In this document: piece after piece, positions 61,867 through 64,000 of the stretch
How positions within the stretch are numbered: the first letter of the stretch is position 1
Layout of the letters: each line of letters starts with the position of its first letter
NCBI GenBank assembly: GCA_050950765.1
Contig: JBMNIF010000005.1
Span: 48,373-112,372 of the forward strand
Direction of reading: 5' to 3'
From: Bdellovibrionota bacterium
GTDB taxonomy: Bacteria > Bdellovibrionota_C > UBA2361 > JAAYZI01
Length of the DNA: 64,000 nucleotides
Translations under genes and position numbers: made by a program
The notes under the pieces: generated by a model
Database searches by the model: none
Told to the model about the DNA's origin: nothing
What the model saw: the letters and a program-made list of their open reading frames with translations, nothing else

Positions 61867-62010
61867 CTTCTTTCTTCCTCCGTCACCTAAACCACCTTTT
61901 TACCACACCACTTCTTTCTTCCTCCGTCACCTCAAACACCTTTTACCACACCACTCCTTTCTTCCTCCGTCACCTTAATCGCCTTTTACCACACCACTTC
62001 TTTCTTCCTC
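61867..62010. repeat. About 3.3 tandem copies of a 43-44-bp unit carrying the DegT ribosome-binding region
   Basis: CTTCTTTCTTCCTCCGTCACCT......CCTTTTACCACACCA at 61867, 61911, 61954, partial at 61997. Confidence 0.88.
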
Positions 62011-62019
62011 TCTCCTACT

Positions 62020-63019
62020 TTAAATATTCACCCCATACTCACGCCCATGCTCTCTATAATACTCAACGGAACGTTTTAACCCTTCAGCTAAACCGATTGC
62101 AGGGCTCCAACCCAACTCTTCCTTAATCTTTTTAAAATCACCGTAATAATCTCCGATATCAATTCGTTTAAGATTATCAGGAAACGGTACTATCTCTTTT
62201 TTACCATCAGCACTCTGAGCTATTAAAAGATCAGCTAGATCTAAGAGGTTAACTTTTTCTTCAGAACCGAGATTATATATCTTTCCAACAGCTTTATCAG
62301 AGAGAGCTAAGAGCATGGCTTCAACAACGTCATCAACATAATTAAGGTCTCTAATCTGTTTTCCGTCACCGTATACTAAGATCGGCTCACCCTCCAGTAG
62401 ACGTTTAATCCAGATCCCTAAGAAGGTCTGACGCGCATCTTTAACGCGCATACACGGACCATAAGTATTGGTTAATCTCAGAACAGATGTCTTAATTCCA
62501 TAAACATTGTTGTAAAGGATATGATACCACTCCCCCGCCAACTTATTTATTCCATTTACATCAACAGGATTAAGCGGATGATCTTCATTAACAGGAAGAT
62601 ATTGCGGTGCTCCGTAAACCTGCCTAGTACTGGCAAAAACAATTCGCACACTGGGATTAGACTGTCTGACAGCTTCAAGGATCGAGAGTTGCGCCCTCGC
62701 ATTAATCTCTAGATCAGGAAACGGGTTTTGCATTGAATCTAAATGACTGGTCTGCCCTGCTAGGTTAAAGATAATATCCTGCCCCTGCACTAAATATTTC
62801 ATAGAAAAAGGATCTCTAACATCTGCAATATTAAGGGTAACCTTATCTCGAATATCAACCAGATTTTCCAAGTTCCCGCCATACTCCGGAATAAAAACTA
62901 TCCAATAGTGTTACATCAGCGCCTTCAAGTACTAATCTTTTTGCTAAATTAGAACCGATAAAACCAGCGCCACCTGTAATTAATATTTTTTTCCCTTTCA
63001 TCATTGCATCCTTTCTCAT
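62020..63019 (-). pseudogene. NAD-dependent epimerase/dehydratase interrupted by a one-base insertion (pseudogene or sequencing error)
   Basis: Rossmann motif ILITGGAGFIGSNL lies upstream in another frame; removing one T from the T5 run at 62893-62897 gives the continuous DSFIPEYGGNLENL. Confidence 0.82.
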
Positions 63020-63106
63020 ACTTTTAACCTCTAACTATGGAGGCTTTTTTATTGCTCAAACAACAAGTTAATAACTGCGTCTTTACAATACATAGGAACA
63101 ACACAT

Positions 63107-64000
63107 ATGCATTACTATTGTACTTACTTCGATGAAAGATATCTGGTTAAAGGAGTAACTTTTATTGAATCATTACAGAAGCATGATGCTGCATGCACGA
63201 TTTTTGTGTTATGCCTCGACCAAAAAACAAAAAATGTTTTAGATACCCTTGCACTACCTAATGTCGTAACACATCTACTAAATGAACTGGAAGTAGAAAA
63301 TCCTGATTTCCACGCTTTGCGTGATAGTAGAACACTAGTTGAGTACTACTGGACAATGACGCCCGTCGTTATTAACTATTTCTTTAAATATGTTCCTCAA
63401 AATGAGATCTTAACCTATACCGACTCCGATCTCTTCTTCTTCTCTTCAACGGATCCTATCTTTCAAGAGTTGCAAGACTACTCCGTCGGCATTCACGGTC
63501 ACAACTTCCCCCCTTGCTATAAACATCTGGAGAAATTCGGGCACTACAACGTCGGTTGGGTAAGCTTTAGAAAAGACGTAGAGGGTGAAAAAGTTCTCGC
63601 TTGGTGGAGGAAACACTGTCTTAAATGTTGTCCATATACCATCCAAACAGATAGCTCCGGCATGATCTGCTATGGGGATCAGAAATATTTAGATTATTTT
63701 AAAGATCAATCGGAACAGGTGCACGTTTTTGAAAATATAGGGGTTGGTGTTGGTCCTTGGAATCAGATCGGTTACAAGATCTCTTCCGATAGTGACGGCA
63801 CTCCGTGTGTAAATGACATAAAAACTATATTCTATCACTTCCACAGCTACTTTCAGATCGCCCCCAATTGTGACGTTCCGTCAAATCCTGATTATAGCTA
63901 TACACGTGAATCATTAGTGCTGTTCAGCATCCCCTATCACGAAGCATTACAAAAAAGCTATCAAAAGATCTTGCGCGTAGACCCTCAATATAACGCTAAT
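63107..64000 (+). CDS. Glycosyltransferase (GT-A fold, GT8-like), runs off window end
   Basis: MHYYCTYFDERYL..., EYYWTMTP, YTDSDLFFF (DxD), YNVGWVSFR, GDQKYLD; absent from the ORF track because there is no stop in the window. Confidence 0.82.
   Translation, partial: MHYYCTYFDERYLVKGVTFIESLQKHDAACTIFVLCLDQKTKNVLDTLALPNVVTHLLNELEVENPDFHALRDSRTLVEYYWTMTPVVINYFFKYVPQNEILTYTDSDLFFFSSTDPIFQELQDYSVGIHGHNFPPCYKHLEKFGHYNVGWVSFRKDVEGEKVLAWWRKHCLKCCPYTIQTDSSGMICYGDQKYLDYFKDQSEQVHVFENIGVGVGPWNQIGYKISSDSDGTPCVNDIKTIFYHFHSYFQIAPNCDVPSNPDYSYTRESLVLFSIPYHEALQKSYQKILRVDPQYNAN

Noticed and set aside
63446-63646. Minus-strand 66-aa ORF
   Set aside because: Antisense to the plus-strand glycosyltransferase starting at 63107

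Overview
AT-rich bacterial chromosomal window; the T2SS and T3SS gene styles suggest a Deltaproteobacteria-like lineage (inference). In order it holds: (1) a minus-strand type III export-gate operon (SctI/FliE-like, FliJ+FliK-like fusion, FliO, FliP/Q/R) whose FlhB/SctU switch protein is split into two genes at the normal NPTH autocleavage position, with a translationally coupled multi-GAF/PAS hybrid histidine kinase between the halves and a double-FHA membrane protein downstream; (2) housekeeping genes (secG, purN, ABC-F, argG, comF, bamD, coaB, rnpB, tRNA-Lys) and a secG-linked tRNA-Leu with the rare A34 anticodon AAG; (3) a polyprenyl-phospho-arabinose-type cluster (GT2, UbiA/HAD, DprE1, DprE2), a divergent glycogen synthase and a TetR-RND efflux unit; (4) a gspCDEFGHIJ-LMN type II secretion operon without gspK, then a hexokinase-family gene and FadL; (5) the edge of a polysaccharide cluster with a frameshifted epimerase. 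Many intergenic regions contain repeats. Two arrays alternate a shared palindrome with copies of the neighbouring gene's 3' end. There is also a 288-bp higher-order GGGTGGCACC array with an inverted sister cluster, and a CRISPR-like triplet. No transposase, integrase or cas gene is visible. All family assignments come from motif recognition by eye, not database searches.
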